The notes: generated by a model not told the origin, from the letters alone. DNA of 64,000 nucleotides from Octopus vulgaris (GCA_951406725.2 OX597830.1:23932001-23996000); one strand, 5' to 3'. Positions 11,579 through 25,133 are shown, numbered from the stretch's first letter. Numbers and translations are program-made.

Positions 11579-12130
11579 ATATATATATATATATATATAG
11601 TACTTACATGCATTCATACATACATACATTTTGCAATAATGTGCATAGTACTGTGTGTAATGTTCAGAGAAAAATGAACGCATTCTCAGCGTCACATCTA
11701 ATATCACATGTCGTCTGCCAGTTTCAAGCAGACAGCTATATCGCTATAAAGAAACGAAACACCCACAGCCACAGTTATAAAAGACCTTTGACACCAACTG
11801 CTATAAATAGTGTCCTTCAGTCTAAACTTGAGAGATATTGGCACATATTCTTAAAAGTGTTTCATTTTGCATATATTTTATGTATTTAATGCAGCCATGA
11901 AAAGAAAAAGAAAGCAAAAACTAAATGCCGCGTTGTGGTCTGCGTTTGTGGTTTTACTGGTTGCATTTCGATGTGTTTATGTTGATGTAGTGTCGCGTCG
12001 GGGACCTGTTGATGACAGAGAACTGATATATCCACTAAATATTAAATTGTTGTTGTTGTTGTTGTTTTGGAAATTTCGCAAAGCGAACATGACAGATTTG
12101 CAGTATTAATGACTATTATTATTGTTGTTG

Positions 12131-12191
<61 letters not shown>

Positions 12192-12236
12192 CGTTGTTGT
12201 TGTTGTTGCTGTTGTTGTTGTTGTTGTTGTTGTTAG

Positions 12237-12600
12237 CAGGTTGGACGAAACGCTTAGCGGTATTTCTGGCAGAAACGTTAGCACGCCGGGCGAAATGCTT
12301 AGCGGTATTTCGTCTGCGTTACGTTGTGAGTTCAAATTCCGCCGAGGTCGACTTTGCCTTTCATCCTTTCGGGGTCGATAAATTAAGTACCAGTTAAAGC
12401 ACTAGCGTCGATGTAATCGACTTAATACCTATGTCTGTCCTTGTTTGTCCCCTCTGTGTTTAGCCCCTTGTGGGTAATAAAGAAATAGGTATTTCGCTCG
12501 TCGCTCGCTCCTGAGTTCAAATTCCACCGTGGTCGACTTTGCCTTTCAGGTATGATAAAATAAGTACCAGTTGAAGACTGGGGGTTGATGTAATCCCCTC
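12237..12600 (+). mobile_element. SINE family C (tRNA head + Nin-domain-like body), duplicated head segment and partial second copy
   Basis: ctggcagaaacgttagcacgccgggcgaaatgcttagcggtatttc...gagttcaaattcc...gcctttcatcctttcggggtcgataaattaagtaccag. A partial repeat of the body starts near 12510. Confidence 0.85.
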
Positions 12601-12616
12601 CCGCAGGCCTTCTAGC

Positions 12617-15388
12617 TTCTATTACTTTGTCAGTCTAAATGTCAAAGTTCCACAACATCCTGTATTTCTTATTTTCGAATTACATTACTAGCTTCATGTT
12701 CATATCATTTATAAGTATGTTCAAATCCTAGCTTTCTACATAGCTCCCAGTGGATTACTTTCCCAAGTTGTCATGTCTTTTCTTGTATTCTTTACATTCA
12801 TTAACTATATGAGTAACTTCTGCCAATCAGATAATTTCTGGTTTTTAACTTTGATGTTTTGGCTTCCTTATATCTTTCTGTGACTCTAGCAACTTTTAAT
12901 AAACTTTCTTCACCATTACCTACATAGGAATCTATATCTACTCTAGCTAACTCCACGCAGTCTTCTACTGATATTAACCCTATTTCGCCTTCCTTTCTAG
13001 ATCAGTATAATCTTGCTACTCCTGCCCTTGGGTGGAGTCTTCCAGTCATATTGAATTCCTTCGTAGTTGTTCTGTCTAGCTTTGCTAATTCAGTTTATGT
13101 CCGATTTACAAAAGCTGCTGAGTATCTAAGTAATAATACTGCTCAAGTGTTTACAGCCTTCACTTGATTCGAGCCATTTAGCTTTGACTTCATTAGCTTC
13201 CTTACCCTTCCGATATACTCCTCAATTTTCATTTTCATTTCTATAGTTAGTACTCTGTCAGATTCTAATACTCCTAGATACTTATTACTCTCTCCTCATT
13301 TCAATGATTTTAATGTTTAGCCATCTGGTAATTGGATGTCTCCCCTGTTGACTACCTGTCCTCTTCTCATTAATAATATTGCACACTTATTTATGCCAAA
13401 TTCCATGCCTGTATCTTTGTTGAAGTGTCGTACAGTCCGTATTAAGGAAGCTATCTCTTTTCCATTCTCACTAAAACACTTTAGATCATTCACGTAGAGC
13501 AAATGTTTAAATTTTTTCCTTACTACTTCTGAACTGATGCCCTGCGTTTGCTTTCCTTAATACTAAATTGAAGGGGGAGCAAGCATAATACAAATATTAA
13601 AGGGGACAACGGGTCCCCCAGGAAAATTCCTTTAAGGATATTAACTTTCCTTACGAGTGTGTCACCTGAGTAGAGATCTACTTTCCATTTCTTCATGCAA
13701 AAGTAAATTAATTCTCTTATGTTGTCTGCTATACTGAATATACTCAAACATTCACTTATCCAAGAGTGTAGGATCATGTCATAGGCTTTCCTATAATCTA
13801 TCCATACTATTTTTAGATATTTCTTTCTAGCTTTTACTTCATTTATAACTGCTTTGTCGATGTATAACAGATCATGCGTTCCTCTAGCCTTCTTCTTGCA
13901 ACCTTTCTGTTATTTTGGCAGTAAATTTTGGTTGTCAAGGTGCTCGTAAATGCTTTATGAGAGCATTCCTGTTAACAGCTCCCACACTAATAGTAGGCAA
14001 GTGATTGGTCTATAGTTGCTAACTGTATTACCTTGCTCTTATTTATCATAACGAATATTGTCGTCCCACTAGCCATCCAATCTGGTATTATTACTCTGAT
14101 AAAGCAATCCTGAGGTTGTTTCCTCAGCCTCCCATGTAAACTGTTAAATTTCTTTAGCCAGTACCTATTTCTTTACTACCCACAAAGGGCTAAACACAGA
14201 GGAGACAAACAAGGACAGATAAACGGATTAAGTCGATTACATCGACCCCAGTGCGTAACTGGTACTTAATTTATCGACCCCGAAAGGATGAAAGGCAAAG
14301 TCGACCTTGGCGGATTTGAATTCAGAACGTAACAGCAGAGGAAATACGGCTACGCATTTCGCCCGGGGTGCTAACGCTTCTGCCAGCTCGCCGCCTATAA
14401 ATTTCTTTAGCCAGTACCGTTGAACTAACTCTGGTCCTGAGCCCTTGCAATTCGGCATTTTTCTTAACACTTTACTCATCAATGTACTAGTTAGTCTTAG
14501 ATCTGGCTGCTTCGCACTCACTATTTCTTGCTTCACTTTTATTTAACCATACTGCATCTCCATTATGATTGACTGGCTTATCCCAAATATTACCCCAGAA
14601 TTTTCTAGCTTCTTCTGCATTAGGTTTCTCATTTTCATTACTTTGTTCTCCAGTATTTATTTGGTTATAAAATCTTCTCTGGTCTGTCTTAAATAATCTG
14701 TTCTGTTGATATTGATCTATTCTTTTCTGGTATCTGAAGAGCTCGCCTGCTATTGCTAGGATACACTGTTTCAAATCTTCTATTACTGTCCCAAAACCTT
14801 TCTCTTTGACCAAGTATTTTTTCTAAAGGAAGATTTGCATCTTCTGTTTCCTAACTTGTTCAGTTTCCAGGCTTCTATTTCACCCAGATCATGTCTTAAA
14901 GTCTTCACTTCATTTTGTAGTTTCATTTTCCACATTTGCTCTTTTTCCATCTTTCCTTGCGAGATTTCTAATCTTCTAGTGACTACTACCCCTCCTGCAT
15001 AAATCAATAAGCTAGTGTCTCCTATATTTTTAATATCTATCCAACTGATAAGAGAATCTACTTTTATGGTCATTTCTAGGAGCTTCCTTCTGTTGGTGCT
15101 TTTAAAACTGGCAATATTTTTCTTACTTCTTTACTCATTACTTCCTGTAACTCGTCTAAAATCTTTTGATCTTCTTCACTTAAATCACTGGTGCCAATTG
15201 TCCTTTCCTTATTGATAGCGCTCTAATTTTTTCCTGTAGGTTCCCCTTCGGTTTGAGCTGTATCTCTTATGTTCTTTGTTTTTCTTACTGCCTGGTCTTT
15301 CTTTTCCAGTTCTCTTCTGATCTCTTCTACCTCCAATTCTGTCATCCAATTTCCCTCCTCCAAATCTCAGGCCTTGTGCTTTGAGTAG
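12617..15388 (-). mobile_element. Decayed R4/Dong-clade non-LTR retrotransposon (N-terminal region, RT, start of zinc-knuckle/RLE region)
   Basis: Fragments: QNRLFKTDQRRFY, GPELVQRYWLKKF, NYRPITCL, DYRKAYDMILHSWI, KGIFLGDPLSPLIFVL, LLYVNDLK, GMEFGINKCA, EYKKRHD. Many frameshifts. Simple TAA/CAT repeats nearby at both ends. Confidence 0.9.
14166..14395 (-). mobile_element. Full-length SINE family C inserted in the Dong LINE with a 21-bp TSD
   Basis: TSD taaatttctttagccagtacc at 14145-14165 and 14398-14418. It interrupts the LINE frame at RYWLKKF. Confidence 0.93.
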
Positions 15389-15393
15389 AAAGG

Positions 15394-15431
<38 letters not shown>

Positions 15432-15473
15432 TCATTATCATCGTTGTCGTCGTCGTCGTCGTTGTTGTTGTTG

Positions 15474-15538
<65 letters not shown>

Positions 15539-16051
15539 GCCAGTGGGACCCGTGAATAGTTCTCTGAAGTAATGGTAAACCTATTGGTTTATTAGTGAAA
15601 ACTTTATCCAAAAGTTCTGAAAGTGTAGCCCGTGTTGTGTCTGTATGGAAAGAGTCATTGAAAAGTGTAAGAAATTGGAATACGATGATTACTTAATGCA
15701 CTTTATATATACTCTTTATATGCTTTATGCACAATTTCATAGACTTAATACACAGCACTCATAAAATAAATATTCACTCTTATTTTTCCATCTTCCCCAT
15801 AAACAAAAAACAAAAAAAAAATATCCCGTACATATGATACAACTTTCAAGTAAATTGCATACATCTATCGCGTAAATAAGAATGAATATTTCACGGAATT
15901 GCACTTATGCGCATAGTTAAGTGATAGACGATATAAAAAAAAGCTTGATTCAATTTTTAAAATCTACACGTTTCACTATCCAGTCACCACCACCACCACC
16001 ACAAACACCACCATCTCTACAACTACCATCATCTTTTTCTCCCCCGCTTCT

Positions 16052-16084
<33 letters not shown>

Positions 16085-16489
16085 CTCTCCTCTCAATCTC
16101 AGCATTTCTTTAACCTCAACATCAGAACACCAGCCATCTGCTGAGATTATAGTTTTAACTCTTCTCCTCTGTATCATCACTACCTTCAACTAACTTTTTT
16201 AACTGCATATTAAATATTACGTTTCCCCTACCTCACGTCATGGACGCTTCTCTCTCCTTCTTTTTCTTTCCTCGTCTTTTTCTCTCTCTCTCCATCTCCA
16301 TCTTTCTCCATCTTACTGTCTCACTCTTTGCCTTGTCCTCTTTGTCTCCCTTCTTTTTCTGTCTCTACTCTTTCCATTCAGCTAATCCCGTGAAATCGTT
16401 ACAATTACATTCCCTCTACCTCACGTCATGGACGCTGCTCTCTCCCACTTTTTTCTTCCTCGTTTTCTCTATAATCATTATTATTATTA

Positions 16490-16569
<80 letters not shown>

Positions 16570-16570
<1 letters not shown>

Positions 16571-16790
16571 CTTCGTAACTCAGTGTAGGTAAAAGTATAC
16601 CGGGGCCTTTAGTCATCTGTCAAGTCACAACAAAGATCTCAGACAGATAATACTTTCCTTAAGATGTGCGCTGTACCCAATAAGGCTGCTTTTTGCATAA
16701 AATTTTGCATGCGATTTCCAGTTACCTTAAGAAGTCTTGAAGTTTCACTGGGATTCAGCCCAACGCTCCGATCACCATGGGATTGAGCCT
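16570..16790 (-). mobile_element. 5'-truncated R4/Dong 3' end abutting (TAA)n
   Basis: Minus strand encodes PMVIGALG...MQKAALLGTAHILRKVLSV*, then a short UTR and (TAA)n at ~16470-16569. Confidence 0.85.
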
Positions 16791-16835
16791 ATATTCTTCT
16801 TCTTATTATTATAGTCATTGTTGTTGATATTGCGG

Positions 16836-16962
16836 TTCTTCTTCTTCTTCTTCTTCTTCTTCTTCTTCTTCTTCTTCTTCTTCTTCTTCTTCTTCTTCTT
16901 CTTCTTCTTCTTCTTCTTCTTCTTCTTCTTCTTCTTCTTCTTCTTCTTCTTCTTCTTCTTCT
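16836..16962. repeat. Perfect (TTC)n microsatellite, ~42 units
   Basis: Uninterrupted ttc run. Confidence 0.97.
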
Positions 16963-17497
16963 TGAGCATTGCTTTCAGTGTAACTCCCACGCACGAAACC
17001 TCACCTCTTGTGTCTATACTAGAAAGAATTATTGCCGTTATTTTTTTCCCTTTCGAAACACTATTCTTCATTTTATTTATTCCGATAAAAATTTTACATA
17101 CACCTTGGGACATACGCAATACAGATATTTGCTTATGTTTAAGGCTGTCCATCAAATCCGATTATCGCTGCCCTCCATTCAAACTACATATAAACTCATG
17201 TATAAATAAGATTAAATATACATATATTATCAATTTTATTAATGATGATTTGGGATTTGCAGGCACCTCCATCTCCAACACAACCGCTACCACGACGACG
17301 ACGACGACGATGACGACGACGACCACCACCACCACCACTACCACCACCATCATCATTATCATCGCTATCGTCATTATCGCCGTTGCCTTTGCCATCATCA
17401 TCATCATCATGGTCATCGTAATCATTATTATCGTCGCTGTTCTCACCATCATCATCCTCATTATGAACACTATTATCGCCATCATCATCGTCATCAC

Positions 17498-17545
<48 letters not shown>

Positions 17546-17578
17546 TCTCCTCCTCCTCCTCCTCATCATCATCTTATT

Positions 17579-17652
<74 letters not shown>

Positions 17653-17692
17653 TATTATTATTATCATTATTATTATTACTATTATTATTATT

Positions 17693-17727
<35 letters not shown>

Positions 17728-18153
17728 TATCAATTAGGATTCAAATTCTCTTCTACTCATTTCTATTCATACAGCAGCATTTTTGTCGAAATTAATCAAA
17801 TGTGAAGCTGAACAACTAACTGGAATTACCCAGAAACGAAGGATTTTCAGAAGAAAACAATACATGTGTGTGTGTTTGTGTGTGTGTGTATGTGTGTGTG
17901 TGTGTGTGTATGTGTGTGTGTATGTGTGTGTGCCTCTGTGTGTGTATATATAATCATGCATATGTACATATATATGAGAGAGAGAGAAAAAAAAAGAAAG
18001 GGGATGATACAAAACAGGAAAAATATGAAATATGATAAAATATAGAAATATAATGTTTAATTTTGGCAGTAATGAGAGTGAATATGTGCATACATACATA
18101 CATACATACATATATATACATATATTTATATATATATATATATATATATACAC

Positions 18154-18233
<80 letters not shown>

Positions 18234-18325
18234 ACGTATGCATGTGTGAATGCATAAGTATGTATACGTTTATACATATATATATAGATGGATGTGTATG
18301 TGTACATATGCACATGCAGACACAC

Positions 18326-18362
<37 letters not shown>

Positions 18363-18947
18363 CAGACACTCACCACCCCACCTCACACAAATCGACAGTA
18401 TTTTTGGTGAAAAACTTATTAATTTAACAAATAAGTGCGTCGTTGTGTGAGATTATTAGAAATATCTTGAGATATTTACTGAATAACTTGTGGGTTCAGA
18501 ATATTGTGTTGAATTTTGGCAGCAAGAACATGTTTTGATTAAATACTTTCACAAAAATACGCACGCAGGCACACACACATACATACACATAAACACAAAC
18601 ACACACACACACACAGACACATACATATAAGACGTACAATGTTCACGCCCACTCGCAAATGGACGGTTATTGGCAAACGTCATTTGCACACCATAGAACA
18701 GAAATCTACATACATATACATAGATTCATTTACCTATATACACTCCAGGCTACACACAAACATTCATGGAATCCTATGTCGATTGCATGTGTGTATGTGT
18801 GTGCGTACATATATACATACATATTTGGGCACACATATATATGATGCATATATACACACATTCACTTAACCTCGCATTCAGAGATGTGAAAATGCAACAA
18901 ACACACACGTACTCACATATACACACACACATATATATATGCGTGTG

Positions 18948-18984
<37 letters not shown>

Positions 18985-19096
18985 TGCGTGTATATATATA
19001 TATATATATATATAAATGTGTGTGTGTATACGCATATATGAACATGTATATATGCCAACGCACGGACACATGCATGCATACGAGAGTGTATGCGTG

Positions 19097-19176
<80 letters not shown>

Positions 19177-19585
19177 TGTAGAAATACACACACACACGTA
19201 CATGCATGTGCCTGGATTTTCTATTGATAAATTTTGAAATTTTAATTTAAGAAATAAGTGATTGCCATGTAGCCAGACAGACTGGTAGACAGATAGATTG
19301 ATAGAAAGATAGAGTCTGGGAGAGAAAGAGAGAGAGAGCGTGAGGGAGAGGGAGAGGGAGAGGGAGAGAAAGAGGCTTCTCGTTATGTAGTCTGATTATT
19401 AATACGTAGGTAACTTTATTTCTTGCTATGTGCAAACAATAAATAAATGAAAATCTCGAAAGAAATTTGAGATTAAAATGAACAGCAAATATTGTCTCTA
19501 TATCTCACCAATTCTGTTATACAGATTGTTGTGTCGTGCGTTCGACGTACGTTATAACAGAATAGTGGTAGTAGTAGTAGTAGTA

Positions 19586-19646
<61 letters not shown>

Positions 19647-19652
<6 letters not shown>

Positions 19653-19860
19653 TATTCAGACAAATACATAACAAAAACACCAGGACTTACAAACACATAT
19701 AACATACAGAAAATTGCACTACTAGGCACCGCACACATCCTACGCAGAACACTTTCCACACAATAACCATCAGAGTATCACAACAAATCACAGCACATAC
19801 GTAAGGCACACAGAGCTGCGCTCGGTAGTGAAGTGAAAGCACGCTATAAAAATAAAACCA

Positions 19861-19864
<4 letters not shown>
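19647..19864 (+). mobile_element. 5'-truncated R4/Dong 3' end inserted within (TAA)n
   Basis: Encodes KYSDKYITKTPGLTNTYNIQKIALLGTAHILRRTLSTQ* plus a UTR. (TAA)n lies directly on both sides. Confidence 0.9.
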
Positions 19865-19919
<55 letters not shown>

Positions 19920-20123
19920 CAATAATAATAATAATAATGTCCTAGCAAATCGTTCTACTCATGATACTGGTAATAACCGTTAGCAATACACAACTCTTTG
20001 CTCTGAAGGCTCTCTGCGTATGTTCATTTATATTGTGGCACAGTCCATTAGGAGCCAACAAATAGGGGTGTTCTACTTCCATACAACATAGATAATACAG
20101 TGTCATTGTTATAAGTGAGATCA

Positions 20124-20395
20124 CCTGACATAGTGATTAGAGTGTTGGACTCTCGATCTCAAGAGAGAGGTTTCGATTCCTGGATCGGGTTTGCCTCGTG
20201 TTCTTGAGCGAAACACTTCACTTTTACCTCTGATTTGTGGTACACCGTGTACCTCTCCAGGCAATGCTGGTTTGATGAAGTGAATAAACTAATGTATTGC
20301 ACAAATATGTGATCAATTTAAACCTATCCTTTGCGCAGGTCCTTCAGCAAGAAACTGTGGGACCCTCATCTGTCATCGACGACAGGAGAGTCCAA
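20124..20395 (+). mobile_element. Old tRNA-headed SINE (family D-related)
   Basis: Degenerate A box (tagtgattagagtgttggactc), B box (ggtttcgattcc), then gtgttcttgagcgaaacacttcac shared with the 39480 and 40780 copies. Confidence 0.55.
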
Positions 20396-20439
20396 AAAGA
20401 AAAGTGATTTAAAAAGAGTTTATTAGTATACGTTCGTAA

Positions 20440-20620
20440 GGCGTCGAGCTGGCAGAAACGTTAGCACGCCGGTCGAAATGCTTATCAGTATTTCATCTGC
20501 CGTTACGTTCTGAGTTCAAATTCTGCCGAGGTCGTCTTTGCCTTTCATCCTTTCGGAGTCGATAAATTAAGTACCAGTTACTAATCGACTGCCAAATTTC
20601 AGGCCTTTTGCCTATAGTAC
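20440..20620 (+). mobile_element. SINE family C copy
   Basis: ggcgtcgagctggcagaaacgttagcacgcc...gcctttcatcctttcggagtcgataaattaagtaccag. Confidence 0.88.
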
Positions 20621-20622
20621 AA

Positions 20623-20945
20623 ATTGACTCCAGGACTTATTCATTGTAAGCCCAGAACTTATTCTAGCGTTCCCTTTTGCCGAACCACTAGGTTACGGGG
20701 ACGCAAACACACCAACATTGGTTGTCAGGCGATGGTGGTGGTGATGGTGGGGGGGGTCAAATACAGACACACAGATGCATACATACATACTTATATATAC
20801 GGCGGTCTTCTATGTTTCAGTCTACCAAATCCACTCCGAAGGCTCTCGTCGGCACGGGGCTACAGAAGTCACTTGCCCAAGGTGCCACGCAACGGGACTG
20901 AATCCGGAACAATGTGACTGGGAAGTAAGCCTCTTACCACACACC
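20623..20945 (-). mobile_element. SINE family A copy, 3'-clipped
   Basis: Matches family A body and head (cttgcccaaggtgccacgcaacgggactgaatccggaac). Confidence 0.85.
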
Positions 20946-20950
20946 TAACC

Positions 20951-21001
<51 letters not shown>

Positions 21002-21247
21002 AATATAAACAAAACTGAACAAACACACACAAGGTTTGTGTGTTGTTATTTCATGGGTCAGCTTCGGTTTTTAGGTGTAAAAGAATATATTCTCTATGTA
21101 CCTGGTGTAAAAAAACACCCGAAAGTCATGGTTGAGTGAGACGACTCACATCAGGTCCTCTCTCAGTGCGTATCAACACCCATACCTTGTGATTGTTCAT
21201 TTCGATTCTGTTTATATAACTCGAGCTGTTTCTAATTCATATATGAA

Positions 21248-21822
<575 letters not shown>

Positions 21823-22334
21823 CCGTAATTCCTCGAGTATAGTCCGCCCTTGAGTATAATACGCAGGGGATTTTTAGGGGGCTGTAACTCTGAAAAACCT
21901 AAACCTTGTGTATAATACGCACCCCTTCTCTAACTTGAGTCAAGGAGGTCTATATAATGTCCTTGATTTGTAAAACTGTATACGGTAACGTCCTTTATTA
22001 TTATTGTATATATAACATAATGCAAACGTGTAGCTTGTTTGTGCATTTTGTTCGCAGAAAATAAAGAAATAACAGTAATAACGTTTAATAAATGTTGCTT
22101 ACTGCAAGTTATGGATGATTCTGTTAACACTTCATTGCTTTCAGGCTTAGCTTAAGGTATTTTCTCGCCGACATCACAAAATGCGTCTGAATAAACATTG
22201 CCGGACAGCAAATACAGACTCGGACATTGCTTAGAAAATAATTTTCATTTTTAACCTCGTATATAGTACGGACTAGGTATTTTGACCTTTAAATTTTGGG
22301 AAAAAAAGTGCGGATTATACTCGAGGATTTACAG
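21823..22334. mobile_element. pogo-like MITE (CCGTA-type TIRs)
   Basis: TIRs ccgtaattcctcgagtatagtccgc / gcggattatactcgaggatttacag with TA flanks. Subterminal repeats gtataatacgca. Confidence 0.87.
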
Positions 22335-22473
22335 TATATATATCACATACATATTGTATTCTATTTCGGGATGGTCATTTTCTTTTTCTTGCCAAATAAA
22401 CACACGCACTATATATTTTTTATTCACTCGTTTATTACTGTTCTTATTTTATTATTTTAACTAATGTCCATTC

Positions 22474-22515
22474 TCCGGAAATCTTTCGCCACACATCTCT
22501 GGCCTCTTCAGCGAC
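22474..22515 (-). ncRNA. Minimal type-I hammerhead-like motif, canonical CUGAAGA core
   Basis: Minus strand: gtcg CTGAAGA g gcca gagatgtg tggc GAAA GATT TC cgg. Perfect 4-bp stem II, near-palindromic stem III, short stem I. Confidence 0.5.
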
Positions 22516-22560
22516 ACTTTTCGTTTTCGAGTGTGTTCTTACTAAATTCAATTGATAAAC

Positions 22561-22644
<84 letters not shown>

Positions 22645-22763
22645 ATACATATATATATCTGTAAATATATACATATATATATTTACATACATATATCTGT
22701 AAATATATACATATATATACATATGTACATATACATATATATATATGTATATACATACATACA

Positions 22764-22819
<56 letters not shown>

Positions 22820-22887
22820 CACATACATATATACATATACATTATTTACATTATTGACGGATATTTGTTCTCATCTTGTTTGTTGTT

Positions 22888-22935
22888 AACACAACGTTTC
22901 GGCTGATATACCCTCCAGCCTTCATCAGGTGTCTT
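22888..22935 (-). ncRNA. Minimal type-I hammerhead ribozyme motif, canonical CUGAUGA core
   Basis: Minus strand: gacac CTGATGA a ggctg gagggtatat cagcc GAAAC GTT gtgtt. Stem I gacac/gtgtt, 5-bp stem II, palindromic ACGT stem III. The second copy has a GUC triplet. Confidence 0.8.
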
Positions 22936-23011
22936 GGGGAAATTGGGTTCTCATTCCTAAAGTATTTTTCGATGTTATTACTATAATTATTATAATTATG
23001 ATTATAATTGC

Positions 23012-23104
<93 letters not shown>

Positions 23105-23106
23105 CG

Positions 23107-23137
<31 letters not shown>

Positions 23138-23151
23138 CCTCATTATTATTC

Positions 23152-23225
23152 AAGTCACTGCCTGGAATCGAATTCGGAATCTTGGGGTTAGTAGCCCGCG
23201 CCCTTAACTACTACGCCATATGCTC
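23152..23225 (-). promoter_or_regulatory. tRNA-derived Pol III internal promoter (pseudo-tRNA)
   Basis: A box tggcgtagtagttaa, anticodon-like arm ggg-ctactaa-ccc, B-box-like gaattcgattcc. Acceptor and T stems do not pair, so not a functional tRNA. Confidence 0.7.
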
Positions 23226-23837
23226 ACGAGCTTATGGCGCCATGGCAAATTTCTTTGCCTCTTAAAAGCCAATAACTGGGACGAGGTCAATCAGGGGCGA
23301 ATAACCACGACCTTCTAAATTGCAAACAAAATGTGTCCATTTTATATATATATATATGCTGATCTACCGCACTCACACCGAAAATAAGGCCACCAGCTGC
23401 AATTCATACTTGGTCATAGAGCTTAATCTTAAGTAAAATTAATAGTCTGGTTACAAAATGTTATCAGTTCTTCCTTATCAACGCTAATTAATTAATGAGC
23501 TGCTAATCTCAAGCAAAAAAAAAAAGACAACACAACAATTTTAATACTAGTAATTAATATATTACATGCAACTAAAGCCACAATTCTACTAAAGAAAAAA
23601 ACTTACTTCCGGGCAGATTGTACAGGTTTGTGTTACACATATATGTCTATATATATATACATGTGTGTGTGTGTGTGTGCGTGTGCATGTGTGTGTGTAG
23701 TTTACAGTCCCGTTATAAGTAGGATCAACGAAAAGCGTGCTCCTTCCAGTGAAATATATATGTAATTTAATATAAATATTTATATACTTCAAGTCTCATG
23801 CTTTAGAGACACAATAAGCAGGCAGATTTATAACATA

Positions 23838-24245
23838 GGCGCTAGAGTGGCTGTGTGGTACGTAGCTTGCTTACGAACCACATGGTTCCGGGTTCAGCCC
23901 CACTGCGTGGTACTTTGGGCAAGTGTCTTCTACTATAGCCTCGGGCCGACCAAAGCCTTGTGAGTGGATTTGGTAGATGGAAACTGAAAGAAGCCTGTCG
24001 TATATATGTATATATATATATATATATGTGCGTGTGTATATGTTTGTGTATCTGTGTTTGGACCCCCCCCCCAACATCGCTTGACAACCGATACTGGTGT
24101 GTTTACGTCCCCGTAACTTAGCGGTTCAGCAAAAAAGTCCGATAGAATAAGTACTAGGCTTACAAAGAATAAGTCCTGGGATCGATTTGGTGGACTAAAG
24201 GCGGTGCCCCAGCATGGCCACCGTCAAATGACTGAAACAATTAAA
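23838..24245 (+). mobile_element. Full-length SINE family A
   Basis: Head ggcgctagagtggctgtgtggta...ggttcagcccc; tail aaggcggtgccccagcatggcca...tgactgaaacaa. Confidence 0.95.
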
Positions 24246-24254
24246 TAGTATAGT

Positions 24255-24845
24255 ATCTGCAAAGCAATCTTTCAGGCTTAGTCCATATCGTATGTATTTG
24301 TGGCCTTTCTTCTTAGTCCTTTCAATTGTATTCCGCGACTTGCTCCTACAGAGTGAGAAAATCCCATTCCTATCATAACGTATGATAGTTTCAAAGTTCC
24401 TCATGACTCCCTTATATACTCTGATCCTTTGTCAATGGCTGTATCCTGATAACATGCGGTGAACGATGTGTTGTGTGTGTCTCTTTAACTCTCTAGCATC
24501 GCACATGTGGAACACGTTTCTCGTCACTCTGATGAGGTCTGCCATTAATATATTAAACTTGGCATTGTCCGCGATAGCTGAGTTCCGGTGGATCAGATAT
24601 TTGCAGGCCATAGGTTTGGCGCAGTGTGAATGGAGGATTTGGCTTTTATTATTCACAATTTCCAGCCAGAGATCTGTATCTAGTACTAGTAGTCTATGGT
24701 TAGGGCGTTCCGTAGGGTACTGTATTGTGACCATAATACTCTGGTGGATGGAATTAGCTATTTGCTCGAAGCTCTCTAGAGTATTAGTTTCTATTTCTTT
24801 TCTAGGGTACTCTCTTGTGGGGGTACCTTTACCCGTATGTTGACA
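24255..24845 (-). mobile_element. Penelope-like element RT C-terminal/thumb fragment, Naiad-like
   Basis: IANSIHQSIMVTIQYP...LLVLDTDLW...HCAKPMACKYLIHRNSAI...LIRVTRN...RMLSGY, then NFETIIRYDRNGIFSLCRSK in another frame. Resembles Naiad-clade motifs (LPVLD, KPM, SAL, LRN, SGY, PLYR) from memory. Confidence 0.75.
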
Positions 24846-25133
24846 TAATCGATATATATATACATTTTCAATTGTGTTCAACTGTCGTATGTCCAAATTT
24901 GGCCAAATGCGTTTTCTTTCAATATTTATTTTTGCTGGCAATAACCGGTTTTTTGGTCAAACTATTTTATCCTTCGCTGCTTCAAATGTCAAGATATCAA
25001 AAATTGTCAAAGTGTAGTACATATATGTATATGTACATATATATATTTACATATATGCATATATATATATATATGCATATATATACATACATATGTATAT
25101 ATACACACATATATCTATATGTACATATGTATG

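Larger units (their letters stand above)
22840..23225 (-). mobile_element. Composite element: tRNA-like head + (TAA)n + hammerhead + AATGTAAAT-type tail
   Basis: Head 23152-23225, (TAA)n ~22975-23150, hammerhead 22888-22935, tail aatgtaaataatgta. The 3' part recurs at 41611-41695. Confidence 0.7.

Noticed and set aside
23152-23225. Functional tRNA gene with an ACT anticodon
   Set aside because: Acceptor and T stems do not pair; treated as a tRNA-derived promoter.
24935-24985. Hammerhead remnant with ACCGGT palindrome beside the Naiad-like fragment; similar remnant at ~4290-4320
   Set aside because: Too degenerate to call from single copies.
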